Below, in pieces: positions 34,642 to 47,190 of a stretch of 60,292 bases of DNA. The position numbers were made by a program, and so were the translations under genes. Positions within the stretch are counted from its first letter, which is position 1. Each line of letters begins with the position of its first letter. The DNA lies in contig NW_027212176.1 of assembly GCF_036971445.1 (NCBI RefSeq), forward strand, positions 1 to 60,292, written 5' to 3'. The notes beneath the pieces were generated by a model. That model ran no database searches and was not told the DNA's origin. It saw only the letters and a list, made by a program, of their open reading frames with translations. The stretch comes from Narcine bancroftii (taxonomy: Eukaryota).

Positions 34642-35947
34642 CATGGCTTGGTTCAGCATCATGCTGAAGAAGATTGAAAAGAGGGTTGGTGCGAGAACAC
34701 AGCCTTGCTTCACGCCATTGTTAATGGAGAAGGGTTCAGAGAGCTCATTGCTGTATCTGACCCGACCTTGTTGGTTTTCGTGCAGTTGGATAATGATGTT
34801 GAGGAACTTTGGGGGACATCCGATGCGCTCTAGTATTTGCCAACAATGAAGACGCTGTTTACATCCGGTATCGCACGGATGGCATTCTCTTCAATCTGAG
34901 GCGCCTGCAAGCTCACACCAAGACACAAGAGAAACTTGTCCGTGAACTACTCTTTGCAGATGATGCCGCTTTAGTTGCCCATTCAGAGCCAGCTCTTCAG
35001 CGCTTGACATCCTGCTTTGCGGAAACTGCCAAAATGTTTGGCCTGGAAGTCAGCCTGAAGAAAACTGAGGTCCTCCATCAGCCAGCTCCCCACCATGACT
35101 ACCAGCCCCCCCACATCTCCATCGGGCACACAAAACTCAAAACGGTCAACCAGTTTACGTATCTCGGCTCCACCATTTCATCAGATGCAAGGATCGACAA
35201 TGAGATAGACAACAGACTCGCCAAGGCAAATAGCGCCTTTGGAAGACTACACAAAAGAGTCTGGAAAAACAACCAACTGAAAAACCTCACAAAGATAAGC
35301 GTATACAGAGCCGTTGTCATACCCACACTCCTGTTCGGCTCCGAATCATGGGTCCTCTACCGGCACCACCTACGGCTCCTAGAACGCTTCCACCAGCGTT
35401 GTCTCCGCTCCATCCTCAACATCCATTGGAGCGCTCACACCCCTAACGTCGAGGTACTCGAGATGGCAGAGGTCGACAGCATCGAGTCCACGCTGCTGAA
35501 GATCCAGCTGCGCTGGATGGGTCACGTCTCCACAATGGAGGACCATCGCCTTCCCAAGATCGTATTATATGGCGAGCTCTCCACTGGCCACCGTGACAGA
35601 GGTGCACCAAAGAAAAGGTACAAGGACTGCCTAAAGAAATCTCTTGGTGCCTGCCACATTGACCACCGCCAGTGGGCTGATAACGCCTCAAACCGTGCAT
35701 CTTGGCGCCTCACAGTTTGGCGGGCAGCAGCCTCCTTTGAAGAAGACCGCAGAGCCCACCTCACTGACAAAAGGCAAAGGAGGAAAAACCCAACACCCAA
35801 CCCCAACCAACCAATTTTCCCTTGCAACCGCTGCAATCGTGTCTGCCTGTCCCGCATCGGACTGGTCAGCCACAAACGAGCCTGCAGCTGACGTGGACTT
35901 TTTACCCCCTCCATAAATCTTCGTCCGCGAAGCCAAGCCAAAGAAGA
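34642..35947 (+). mobile_element. 5'-inverted RTE LINE inserted in the ERV-A 5' LTR
   Basis: TSD ATTCAGTTTGTAT (34629-34641, 35948-35960); inverted segment 34642-34843; sense ORF open from 34841 to the natural stop at 35891. Confidence 0.95.
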
Positions 35948-36974
35948 ATTCAGTTTGTATACATGAATCCAGTACTATGTAACAATTTAATATTTACCTC
36001 ATGGTGAAGGGAAAGAGTAATGTAAGTAAGGGGCAGCCACAGTATGTAACAAAGTTGGCTGATTACAGTAGGTTTAGAATTGTCTGCTCACAAAATACAA
36101 AAGAGAGGATATGTATGAAACAATTTAGTAGAATAATTAAGGCAAAAGGAGGTGTTGATTAGCACAGGAGACGATGGCCAGACAAGAACAAAGAGAATCC
36201 TGACAGAGACTGTCAGAAACAAAGAGAATGGAAACTAACTCAGTAAGAAGGCAGAAGGAGGTGTTGAGTAGAACAGAAGAATATGGCCAGATGAAAACAA
36301 AGAAATAATTAGAAATATCTGGGGTATGAATTGATTTCTGATTAAAATAACAGGATATTCTGGCCTTGAGGATTAAGATGGGAGCTCTACACCCCTCCCC
36401 CCTAGATATCTGCAGAGCAGGAAATTACTTGTGATAAATCTTATGCAAGAAATCTAGCAAAGAAAGCCAACTTTTGTTCTGTAGGATAATGACATCTAGC
36501 AAAGGAAGCCAACTTTTGTTCTGTTTGATAAGGTTGAGCTATATAAACTGTAGAGACTGGACAGTCTTGGGGAATAGCTCACTGAGCAGGTGACCTATGA
36601 ACTAACGACTGAACCTGAGCTCTGTTAAGCTTTATTCTTGTGCTGTGTAATAAACTGATTGTTGAACCGAATACCTTCTCCTATCACTTCATTCAACGAG
36701 CATGCTGGACTCAGATGACACATAGACTAAATTGAGGGTAGGGTAAAGCCAGAGTCCGACAATTTGGTGACCCCGACGTGATGAAGATGGAGAAGTGACG
36801 GAAGAGAAAGAGATGAAACAACGGTCGATTGTGGTGTGGTGAAAACAACAAGTGGCCACTCAACAAAAGGAGGTAAGCAGACGCCTGTTTAAACAAAGGT
36901 CTGCTATTGGCAACGATAAAATTGTGTGTTGTCACCACTCTGCGAATGTCCTAGTAGAAGCCAAGGAATAAAGC

Positions 36975-37165
36975 TTAAAAAACCAGGGGTTAGAGTCCTC
37001 TGAAAAACCCAGGGGTTAGAGTGCCCTGGAGAAAATGGGGGTTAGAGGCCCCCTAGAAAAACAGGGGTTAGAGGCCCCTGAAAAAACAGGGGTTTGAGTC
37101 CCCTGGAATAAAAATGGGGGTTAGAGTCCCCCTAGAGAAATAGGGGTTAGAGTCCCCTAATAGAG
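36975..37165 (+). repeat. Array of 7 hairpin units (about 26 bp) in the ERV-A leader
   Basis: (C/T)(A/G)GGGG-TTAGAG(T/G)-CCCCT(G/A) separated by A-rich linkers. Confidence 0.9.
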
Positions 37166-37213
37166 ACATAGATATAAAAGTTAGAGTTCTTGGCCAAATA
37201 AATTTAGTGAACA

Positions 37214-37412
37214 CATTGTATAATAGTTAAGTTTTTTAGTAGTGTGCTAAGTTTTCCTTGTTCAATATTGTATAATAGTTACTTTTAGTAGTGTGCTGTT
37301 TTCCTTATTCAATATTGTATAATAGTTACGTTTTTTAGTAGTGTGCTAAGTTTTCCTTGTTCAATATTGTATAATAGTTACTTGTTTTAGTATTGTGATG
37401 TTTTCCTTTTGT
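37214..37412 (+). repeat. Tandem repeat, about 50 bp x 4, in the ERV-A leader
   Basis: ATTGTATAATAGTTA..TTTTAGTAGTGTGCT..GTTTTCCTT.TTCAAT. Confidence 0.9.
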
Positions 37413-37521
37413 GTTTCTAGGAAAGTGTGAAGGTTCAAGGTAAATTGACGGGGGACGAAATTCTATCAGGTGAGAGACTCATTGAATTACGAGGTCTGAA
37501 GGAAAAAGATAGGAACGAAAG

Positions 37522-38360
37522 ATGGAAGGAGAATTAGGGGAATATCAGGAGTATGGGGAGTGTGAATGGATTCCTCCATCTGTAAACCAGCAGTGGGAAA
37601 AAACAAGGAGTCAATTAATGGGCAGACTACCGAAGGGAGAGGAAGTGCTATGAAATGCTACGATCAGATATGGAAAGAGCTGCAGTGTCAGGGGAAGGTG
37701 CCGCTAGGATTAGGAAAAATCAGGCTTGTATTGTACTTAGGAGAAGCCGAAAGGGAGGCGAAAAAGGAGGTACAGGAACATGAGAAAGAGGGACAAGGGT
37801 CTATCTTGGATAGAAGAAAATTTAAACAACAGAAGAAAGCGAAGGAGCAGAGGAGGGCATATTTACATAATATGACATTGACTTGCATGGCTGTGGAAAC
37901 AAACCTTCAGCATGCTACTAAAAAGGCATCCCCTATCATAAAGGAGAAAACGGGGGAGGAGATGACAGGGGAGGTTAAGCCATCAGCACCGCTATATCCA
38001 AAGTTACCAGAGACGTTGCCACCACCTTATCCAATTCCCCAGACGCCAGCGATGCAGATAAATGAGGGAATAGTGAATGTCACTGAATTAGCAGGTCACG
38101 AACTCCAGGAGGCGAAGGAGAGACTTAAGAGAGTTATGCAGGAAAGGGTGGGAGGAAATGAAGGAGTTAATGAAGGAAATACAGAAAGATGTATGTAAAA
38201 TAAGTGAAACTAGTATGCGACTGGAAAAAACAAATGAGAGAGAGCAAGAACAGACACTTGAGAATGCCTTCTCATTAGGAATGTCAGAGGATCACACCAC
38301 CCCCTTTACAGCTTGGGCTGTGGGAAATACAGCAGGTAGAAATGGTCGCAGGAACCACTA
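37522..38360 (+). pseudogene. gag: ERV-A gag N-terminal remnant
   Basis: Position after the leader; KPSAPLYPKLPETLPPPYP late-domain cluster; frameshifted, with CA/NC/PR/most of RT deleted. Confidence 0.7.
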
Positions 38361-38454
38361 GGTGCCCTGATGCCGAACCATTTGCCAAACATGCTATGGC
38401 ATTATGAGGTGCAATGCGGGATAAGTTTCCTGTTCGCCCCGGTGTCATGTAGTA

Positions 38455-39859
38455 CAGGTTATATTAGGCAGTTTATCCCATCATATGGTGAATTGACACA
38501 TCCACTGCGAACTTTGGTGAATGAGCAGGGGATGAGGAATTTGGGAGCTACACTTGATTGGACTGCACAGGCTGAGATGAGTTTTATTCTACTTAAGCAA
38601 GCTCTTACAACCGCTATAGATTTGGCGATTTCAAATTATAGACACCCTTTCTTTTTGGATGTTTCTGAAAAAGCACACACAATTGTTGGTGTCCTTTTTC
38701 AGAAAAAAGGGGGTGGAAGATGTGTGCTCATATATGTGAGTATAACACTAGATCCGACTGAAGTCAGACACCCACCATGCACGAGACATGCAGCGGGGTA
38801 GCAAAGATTTTACAAAAGGTGGCACACATAGTGATGGGACATGACCTGACGGTATTAACAACACACAGTATTGTAGCATTTGTGAGCTCGACAGCGTTTA
38901 CAATGACGTCACTGAGGCAGACGAGACTGGAAAAGATCCTGAATGCTCCAAATATTACATTTACCCATGAAGGCATTAATATGGCAGACAATATGGGAGA
39001 GGGAGAACCACACTGTTGTGAAAAGAGGGTTCTAAGGGATATTAAAATAAGACCTGATTTACAGGCTTCACTCTTGAGAGAACCAGATGAAATCTTATTT
39101 ACAGATGGTTGTTACTGACATCCCATGGACGGATTAAAAGCTGCCTATGCAGTAGTACGGAGAACTACAGAAGGATTTGAAGAAATTATTACAGGGACAG
39201 TGAGAGGAAAGGAGTCAGCACAACTGGCTGAACTACAGGGAATGATAGCAGCATTAGAATGGGCAGAAGGAAAGGAGGTAAATATATATACAGATTCGGC
39301 ATATGTGGTAGGGACAATACAGGTTGAGCTGAGTCAATGGATTAGAAGTGGGTTTTTAACAGCAGCAATGACCCCAATTAAACACGAGAAGGATGTTAGG
39401 AAATTGGCTGGGACCCTCTTGAAACCAAGGGCACTAGCAGTTATTAAATGTAAGGGCCATGATAAAACAGATACGATGGTAGCTCGGGGAAATCAGGAAG
39501 CAGACACGGCCGCAAAAAGGGCAGCAGGGTACGGCCCTCAGTTTATTATGATGCAGGCAGATAGAATGGCACATGACTTATTGCCACCTTGTGAGGTAGG
39601 AGTAATAATTCAGGAACAGGCGAAGGCATCGCCTCAGGAAATGATGGTATGGAAAGAAAGGGGGGCAACCGAAGATCTAGACTGTGGAGATCAATGGACG
39701 GTAGGCCAGTATTACCATCTGGACTCATGAAACCCCTCCTGGAGGAGGTGCATGGGTTAACCCACTGTGGGAAGAAACAGATGATAAGGTATTTGGTACA
39801 TTAGTGGCACCCCTTCCTGCCGGTGATGGTGGAGAATCATATCAGAGAGTGTAAGGTAT
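38455..39859 (+). pseudogene. pol: ERV-A pol remnant (RT thumb/connection, RNase H, integrase zinc finger)
   Basis: GYIRQFIPSYGEL, FFLDVS, LFTDGC, SAQLAEL, NIYTDSAY, KCKGH, GNQEAD, H-x3-H...C; interrupted by ERV-B. Confidence 0.9.
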
Positions 39860-40684
39860 TGTGAGAGATGAGTAAAACTGATATAAAAATATGAAGATGA
39901 GGAAACTAATATAGATATAAGGGTAAATGAATAAAGCCAGTATGAACAGGATAAGAAATGGATATTAGAATGTAGGAAGTCAGTCTGAGTAAGATAAGGG
40001 TCTTCTAGCCCTAGAAAGAATTAGCAGGTTTTGCATATGTAATTAGTAAGCCCTAGACAGTATTAGCAAGTTCTACATATGAAGAGGTTGTAGCCCTGAG
40101 GGTCGGGAAGGTGTAAATTAGAACAAAGACAGGTTTGTGAATAAGGACAATGAGGATAATGACATGATGAGACACCAACAGGATACCCCCCCCTGGTCCT
40201 CCAAGTGCACAGAAACAGCACGTAGGCAGGCAGGATTGCCTAATGCCAAACCTCTCCAGGAGGCAGATGAATGTAAGGGGGAGAGTATTCCTAAACTGAA
40301 ATGAACTGTATAAAAGTTGGGTGAGCCCCAGTGTATGTGTGAATTCCCAGGGTAAGGGGAAGCACCCAACTTTGCATTGTTGTATAATAAATGTTCTTTG
40401 TTCTCAATTTTTGTCTCGAGCAATTTCTGTGAAGGTACTTCTGTTTCTAACAAATGGGGACTCGTCCGGGATCCCACTCCCTCCACTGACAGAGTGCCTG
40501 ATGACGAGGGTAGGTGCACCCCAGCTGATTCAGCTGGACTCACGGACGAAGGGTGACTGGTCAGTGGATGAAGCGAGTGATATCCGAGAAGAGGCATTGA
40601 GAACAAACAACGAGAGGACATTAAGGAAGCACGCTAGAACTAACTACTGGACCTCGGTAAGAGAAATTTTACTTACCTGTTAGT

Positions 40685-42113
40685 ATGGGAGGTGTGAGTA
40701 GTAAGGAAGAGAGTCCTAGTGAAGGATGAGAGGATCAGATAACCAAGCAAAGCCCATTGGGATTAAAGTTATCTGATTGGGGTGCAGGGAGAACCACAAT
40801 CTTGAGAGCAGGGAATATGCAGCCTGCTGGCTCAGGGGATCGTTTGATCAACTGGTTTTGAATGAAAGAGAGATGAGGAACCTTTTGTCCCTGAACCACA
40901 AGGATGGGATGTGTTACATTCCCTTCCTCCACCTTATGTTCCTCCTATGCCGGCTCTTATCTTTCCCCCCCTCCTATCTCTACCCTTCAGCACCTTCCCC
41001 TCCTCTCCCACAGCGAGAGAAAAGAGAAGAAAGTAGGGGTGGTATGATGACCCTTCACAAAGTACTCGATTACCACCTCTATTGACAAGAGAGAGAGGCG
41101 ACTTTAATTCAGAGCAGTGTGAGACCCTCCGGGAAGAAAGGGCAGAACCCTTTGATTCATTTCCCAGAGAGCAGGAACCTAGACATAATAAGCCAGAAAT
41201 TAACTGGATGAGACCTTTACGGGAAGTTCCCATGGGAGGGGGTCTCGGTTTTGTAAATGTGGACCTGACTAGTCCGGAGGTGCGTAATTTTAAGACCTTA
41301 TGCACTGATGTGTTGGAGTATAGGGGTTAATTAATCATAGAAAGTATGTAGAATATATGCTTATGTACTATTCAGTTTGTATACATGAATCCAGTACTAT
41401 GTAACAATTTAATATTTACCTCATGGTGAAGTAAGGGGCAGCCACAGTATGTAGCAAAGTTGGCTGATTACAGTAGGTTTAGAATTGCCTGCTCCCAAAA
41501 TACAAAAGAGAGGATATGTATGAAACAATTTAGTAGGAATGTTAAGGCAAAAGGAGGTGTTGATTAGCACAAACAAAAAGAATCTGACAGAGACTGTCAG
41601 AAACAAAGAGAATGGAACAGTAAGAAGCTAAGACAGAAGGAGGTGTTTAGTAGAACAGAAGAATATGGCCAGATGAGAACAAAGAAATAATTAGAAATAT
41701 CTGGGGTATGAATTGATTTCTGATCAAAACAAGAAGATATTCTAACCTTGAGGATTAAAAAAAGGAGATGGGAGCTCTACACCCCAGATAACTGCAGAGC
41801 AGGAAATTACTTGTGATAAATCTCATGCAAGAAATCTAGCAAAGGAAGCCAACTTTTGTTCTGTATAAGGTTGAGCTATATAAACTGTAGAGACTGGACA
41901 GTAGAGGTCAGTCTTGGGGAATAGCTCACTGTGCAGGTAACCTATGAACTAATGACTGAACCAGAGCTCTGTTAAGCTTTATTCTTATGCTGTGTAATAA
42001 ACTGATTCTCCTATCACTTCATTTAACAAACACGCTGGACTCAGACGACACATAGACTAAATTAAGTGTAGGGTAAAGCCAGAGTCAGACAGATGGAAGC
42101 AGTTTATGAATAG
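40685..42113 (+). pseudogene. gag: ERV-B gag remnant, split by a solo LTR
   Basis: MGGVSS start, ESREYAACWL, PLREVPMGGGLGFVNV; ends PYALMEAVYE-TAG (42111-42113). Confidence 0.8.
41311..42091 (+). mobile_element. Solo LTR of the ERV-A family inside ERV-B gag
   Basis: TGTTGG...CAGACA, TSD GATG, colinear with the ERV-A LTRs. Confidence 0.94.
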
Positions 42114-43742
42114 GGGGGGGGTCACGGTTCTCAGTCAATACACACCGTGAGGCTGCAAGGAGAACCATTGGTAAATTTAAGCCTAGGACCCCACAGTGAC
42201 AAGATGACCTTTTTAGTAGATTCTGGGGCAGCCCGGTCTAGTATTTTACAACCACCCGAGGGTGTTAAGATAGAGGGAACAGTGATGATTTCGGGAGTAG
42301 GAGGAAGAGACTTTACAGTCCCTGTATTAAGAGATGTAAGAATACAAATGGGAGAAAAGGTAATAACAGAGGATATTTTACTAGTTCCCCAAGATGGAGT
42401 TTGTTTGTTAGGACGAGATTTACAGGACCAATTGGCTATCGGCACCAGACCACAGGAATCAGGTATCAGGGTTCAATTGTATGTATTAAGCGAGGAAGAT
42501 CGAGAACTAATAAATCCTGGAGTATGAGCAGAAAGAGGCAATGGAGGAGTGTTAGATATTCCTCCCCTGCAAGTTACTTTAAAAGATTCTGAACAAGTAA
42601 TTAGATGAAAACAGTACCCAATTCCGATGGCTGGCCGAAAGGGGCTGCAGCCAGTAATTGACCAGTTGGTGAAAGATGGTATACTCGAACCTTGTATGTC
42701 ACCTTTTAATACCCCAATTTTACCTGTCCAAAAACCAGACGGTACCTATCAATAAATGTGCTGGAAGGTGGCTCACAGACTCTAGAATTTTAAAATATGA
42801 AGCGATCCTAATGGATAGGGATGATTTGACCCTGATTAAGAATAAAGAACACAATCCAGCAGCTTTCTTGGTTTCTCCAAATTCTGACAATACCATAAAT
42901 GAGTTAGAGCATGTATGTTTAGAGGTAATAGATTTACAGACCAAAATTAGAGAGGATTTAAGTGATGAGCCTTTACAGGAGGGTGAAAGGTGAAAGGTGG
43001 TTTATTGATGGATCTTCTCGTTGCATTGATGGCACTCGCTATAGCGGGTATAGTGTAGTGGATGGGAAAGAAGGAGTGGTGATTGAAGCAGGTCACCTTC
43101 CCGGTCATTGGTCAGCACAATCTTGTGAATTGTATGCCCTCTGTAGAGCTCTCCAGGGTCTAGAGAACAAGGTGGGCACGATCTACACAGACTCAGAGTA
43201 TGCTTTTGGTGTAGTGCACACCTTTGGGAAGATCTGGAAAGAGCGGGGAATGATAACTGGAAAAGGACAAAAGTTGATCCATGATAACTTAATTGTCCAA
43301 TCTCTAGATGCTCTTACATTACCTGAGGAAATAGCTGTAGTTCATGTACGAAGCCATCAAAATGGTGACAGTCCTGAAGCACAGGGGAACAGACAGGCAG
43401 ATGCAGCTGCCAAACAGACTGCGCTCACGGAGATAATAGACATGTAGCTGTTACTGCCCACCCCTGGAGTATCCTATTCATTCTATTAAACCTGGTGATT
43501 GGGTATATGTAAAAGCATGGCAAGATCACCAACTAAAACCTGTCTGGGATGGCCCCTATTGTGTACTTTTGATTACAGACATTGCAGTGCGAACGAAAGA
43601 AAAGGGGTGAACTCAAATACAACGAATTAAACAAGCTGCTGAACCACGGACTAAAGACATTGATAATCTACCCTCCACCGGGCGTGCTGTCCTTCATCCT
43701 TCTGATCTGAAAGTTATACTACGCCGGGAAAAAGTGCTGTAA
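42114..43742 (+). pseudogene. pol: ERV-B pro-pol remnant (PR, RT start, RNase H, IN tail)
   Basis: FLVDSGAARS, QYP..SPFNTPILPVQKPDGTY, WFIDGSS..SAQSCEL..IYTDSEYAFG, PGDWVYVK..WDGPY; RT core and IN core deleted. Confidence 0.9.
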
Positions 43743-44800
43743 TGTTGTTTTTACCATTTACTGTATTGTTTACTTGTTGGTTCCCCATTTTTGGGACATC
43801 CCTAAATTACTCACGATGTATTAAGTCCTCCTGGAATAGGGGCAGCAGAGGTGACAATTATTTACCTTTAGAATGTAGACAGGGCATAGATATAAAGTAT
43901 AGTCATAGTGGGGTATGGGTTAATACAGGATCCCAACATGGACCAGGGGAACAGAACGGCTCTAGAGGAGTAGATTTGATTTGTATTTTGGCCTCTACAG
44001 GTATTAAAGAGAGGAGTTTTAAAGGGATAGCACAAAGGAGATGGTGGGACAAAGACAAACAGAATGGTAGTCAGGATTGTACATGTGGCAGAGATAGAGT
44101 TAATACATATGCTAATGTTCACAGACAGGCTGCAACTCACAGGCTCAGTGATACTTATGCTAATGTTCGCAGACAAGCTGCAACTCACAGGTTAAGTGAC
44201 AAGAAACACCCCTCCCCAACTTGGTCTCCTGTAAATCATCCTTTGGGTCACACAGACATTTGGAATGTTAAAAAAACCACCACTGTAAGGGGAGTTCCAG
44301 CTGTAAATGAAGTAAGCTGCTCCAGAATACTAAAGCTGCTTGGCATTTAAATGGTTTAATCAAACTCCAGGCAGCCTTGGAGATCATCACCAAACAGAGC
44401 AATGGCCCTGAATTTAGGGGCTGAAGAAAAACGACAGATACGAGCCACAGTTCAACAAAACTGCCTGGCTCTCGATTACTCGTTGGCTGCTGAAGGCAGC
44501 ATTTGTGAAAGACTGGTTAAGGACAATGCTCACAACTCAGGCGGTTAAAGACACTTCTTCAGGAGTTCGAAAATCTTCCCATGCCCAGGTTCAGACTTGG
44601 CAACCTCGGTCCGGTGTGGGATGGGCTAGACTTTTTATTAGTAACTGGAGTCTGATACCCACAGCCCTTATAGCAGCTGGACTCGCTATTTTGCCATTAT
44701 GGTGCTCCCCTGCCTAAAGACTTGTGTGCAGTATTTAATTCATCGAACCCATCGTCAGATCACTATAACCCAAAGGATGTATGTTTCCCTAATTCTGTCT
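43742..44800 (+). pseudogene. env: ERV-B env remnant
   Basis: Signal-peptide-like start MLFLPFTVLFTCWFPIFG; LIKLQAALEIIT; ISD-like QQNCLALDYSLAAEGSIC (44453-44506); hydrophobic TM remnant. Confidence 0.82.
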
Positions 44801-46574
44801 AATGATACTGTTAGAAATTAAAGTACCTTTAAAGAAATTGCTCGAGACAAAAATTGAGAACAAAGAACATTTATTACTACAACAATGCAAAGTTGGGTGC
44901 TTCCCCTTACCCTGGGAATACACACACATACTGGGGCTCACCCAACTTTTATACAGTCAATTTCAGTATCAGAGTGCCCTCCCCCTTACATTCTTCTGCC
45001 CCCTGGATGGGTTTGGCATAGGTAATCCTTCCTGCCTACGTGCAGTTTCAGTACACTTGGAGGACCAGGGGGTATCCTGTGGGTGCCCCATCATGTCATT
45101 GTCCTTATTCACACCTTCCTGATTCTTGGGGCTACAGTCTCTTGATATGCAGAGTTGACTCATTCTATCTAGGGTTGGCTAATTTCATATGTATAAATCT
45201 GTGTATGGTTAGCTAATTAGAAATGTATGACTTGGTACTTCTGTCCAGGGCTAGGAGACCCTTATCTGATCCAGACTACCTCAACTTCCTACATTCTATT
45301 GTACCTTACCATTCCTTTTCTTAGTCTTATGGTCTTGTCACAAAGACTAGAAGATTCTTATGTTAATCGTGCTGACTCTGCTTTCCTGCATCCTAACCCC
45401 CAAGCTTATCCTGTTTGAACTGGTTACAGCCATTTACTGATGAACTTTAGTTTCTTCCATGTTCATAATTTTAGATCAATTTTCCCATCTCTCACAATCC
45501 TCACTTTTCTTTTAGATCAGTAATACTGATCTTTCACCATGATCAGTGTTACTGATCTTTGGTTACTAGTGTCAGTGTGACTGATCCCCCCCCCCCCCCC
45601 TCCTCACTTTTCTTTTAGATCAGTAATACTGATCTTTCAAGTGTAAGGTGTTGTTTTACCCAGCTGGTCAATAACCGAATTGTAATCTCTGTGTAAAGTC
45701 TTTAGGTAGGGGAGCACCATGAAGGTCAGAGTAGCGAGTCCAGCTGCTTATTAGGGTTGTGAGTATCAGGCTCCAGTTCTCAGTAAGGAGTCTAGTCCAT
45801 CCCACATCAGTCCGAAGTTGCCACGTCTGAACATGGGCATGGGCAGATTCACATTGAAACATTGAAGCAGTGTCTTTTAACCACCCGACTTTTGTAAGCT
45901 TTGTCCTGACGAAGTCTGTGAGAAACGCTGCCTTCAGCAGCGAACGAGTAGCAGTAGTCAGGCGGTTCTGTTGAATTGTGGTTAGTATCTGATGTCCTCT
46001 TCAGCCCCGAACCCTAGGGCCACCGATCTCCGAAGGTTGTCTGGAGCCTGATATTAAAGTGTCAAGCAGCTCACGTTGTTGGTAACTGGTGCTCCCCTTC
46101 ACGGGGTGATGAAAAGAGACCAAGCTGGGGGGGGATTGTTTCTTGTGATTTAACTGTGTGTTGCAGCTTGTCTGCTAACATTAGCATGGGTATCATTGAA
46201 CTTGTGAGTTGCAGCCTGTCTGTGTACATTAGCATATGTATTAACTCTCTCTCTCTGCGACATGTACAATCCTGACTACCATTCTGTCTGTCTTTGTCCC
46301 ACCATGTCCTTTGTGCTATCGCTTCAAAACTCTTGTCTTTAATACCTGTGTAGGCTAAGAGACAAATTAAATGTACTCCACTAAAGCTGTTCAGTTCCCC
46401 TGGTCCGTATTGGAATCCCTTGTTAACCCATATTCCACTATGACTATACATTAAATCTATGCCCTGTCTACATTCTAAAGGAGCACAATTGTAACCTCTG
46501 CTGCCCCTATTCCAGGGGGACTTAAAACATAGCGAGTACTGAAGTGACATATCCATTTAACGAACAATATTCCA

Positions 46575-47190
46575 AAAAAATGAATAAACAACAATAAAAG
46601 TAAAACCCATTGAAAACAGCAATAAAATACAACAATAACTGAATAAACAACGATAAATGTAACACCCATTGAAAACCGCAATAAAATACAACAATAACTG
46701 AATAAACCATAAAAATACGACAATAAATGTAAAACCCATTAAAAACTGCAATAAAATACAACAATAACTGTATAAACCATTAAAATAGGAAACAACAACA
46801 ATAACTGTATAAACCATTAAAAATAGGAAACAACAATAAATGTAAAACCCATTAAAATACGGCAATAAAAAATACAAAATTAACTGTATAAACCATTAAA
46901 ATAGGAAACAACAATAATAACTGTATAAACCATTAAAATAGGAAACAACAATAAATGTAACTGTATAAACCATTAAAAATAGGAAACAACAATAAATGTA
47001 AAACCCATTAAAATACGGCAATAAAAAATACAAAAATAACTGTATAAACCATTAAAATAGGAAACAACAACAATAACTGTATAAACCATTAAAATAGGAA
47101 ACAACAATAAATGTAAAACCCATTAAAATACGGCAATAAAAAATACAACAATAACTGTATAAACCATTAAAATACGACAATAAATGTAAC
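46575..47190. repeat. AT-rich tandem repeat in the ERV-C2 env 5' end
   Basis: Mosaic of AATAACTGTATAAACCATTAAAATAGGAAACAAC and AATAAATGTAAAACCCATT..AA.C.GCAATAAAA units. Confidence 0.92.

Noticed and set aside
34809-35891. 360-aa ORF as a domesticated RT gene
   Set aside because: 5'-truncated RTE lacking the N-terminal RT motifs; the apparent start comes from the inversion junction
36975-37165. CRISPR-like array of palindromic repeats
   Set aside because: Linkers are short A-runs rather than unique spacers; no cas genes; lies in a retroviral leader in vertebrate DNA
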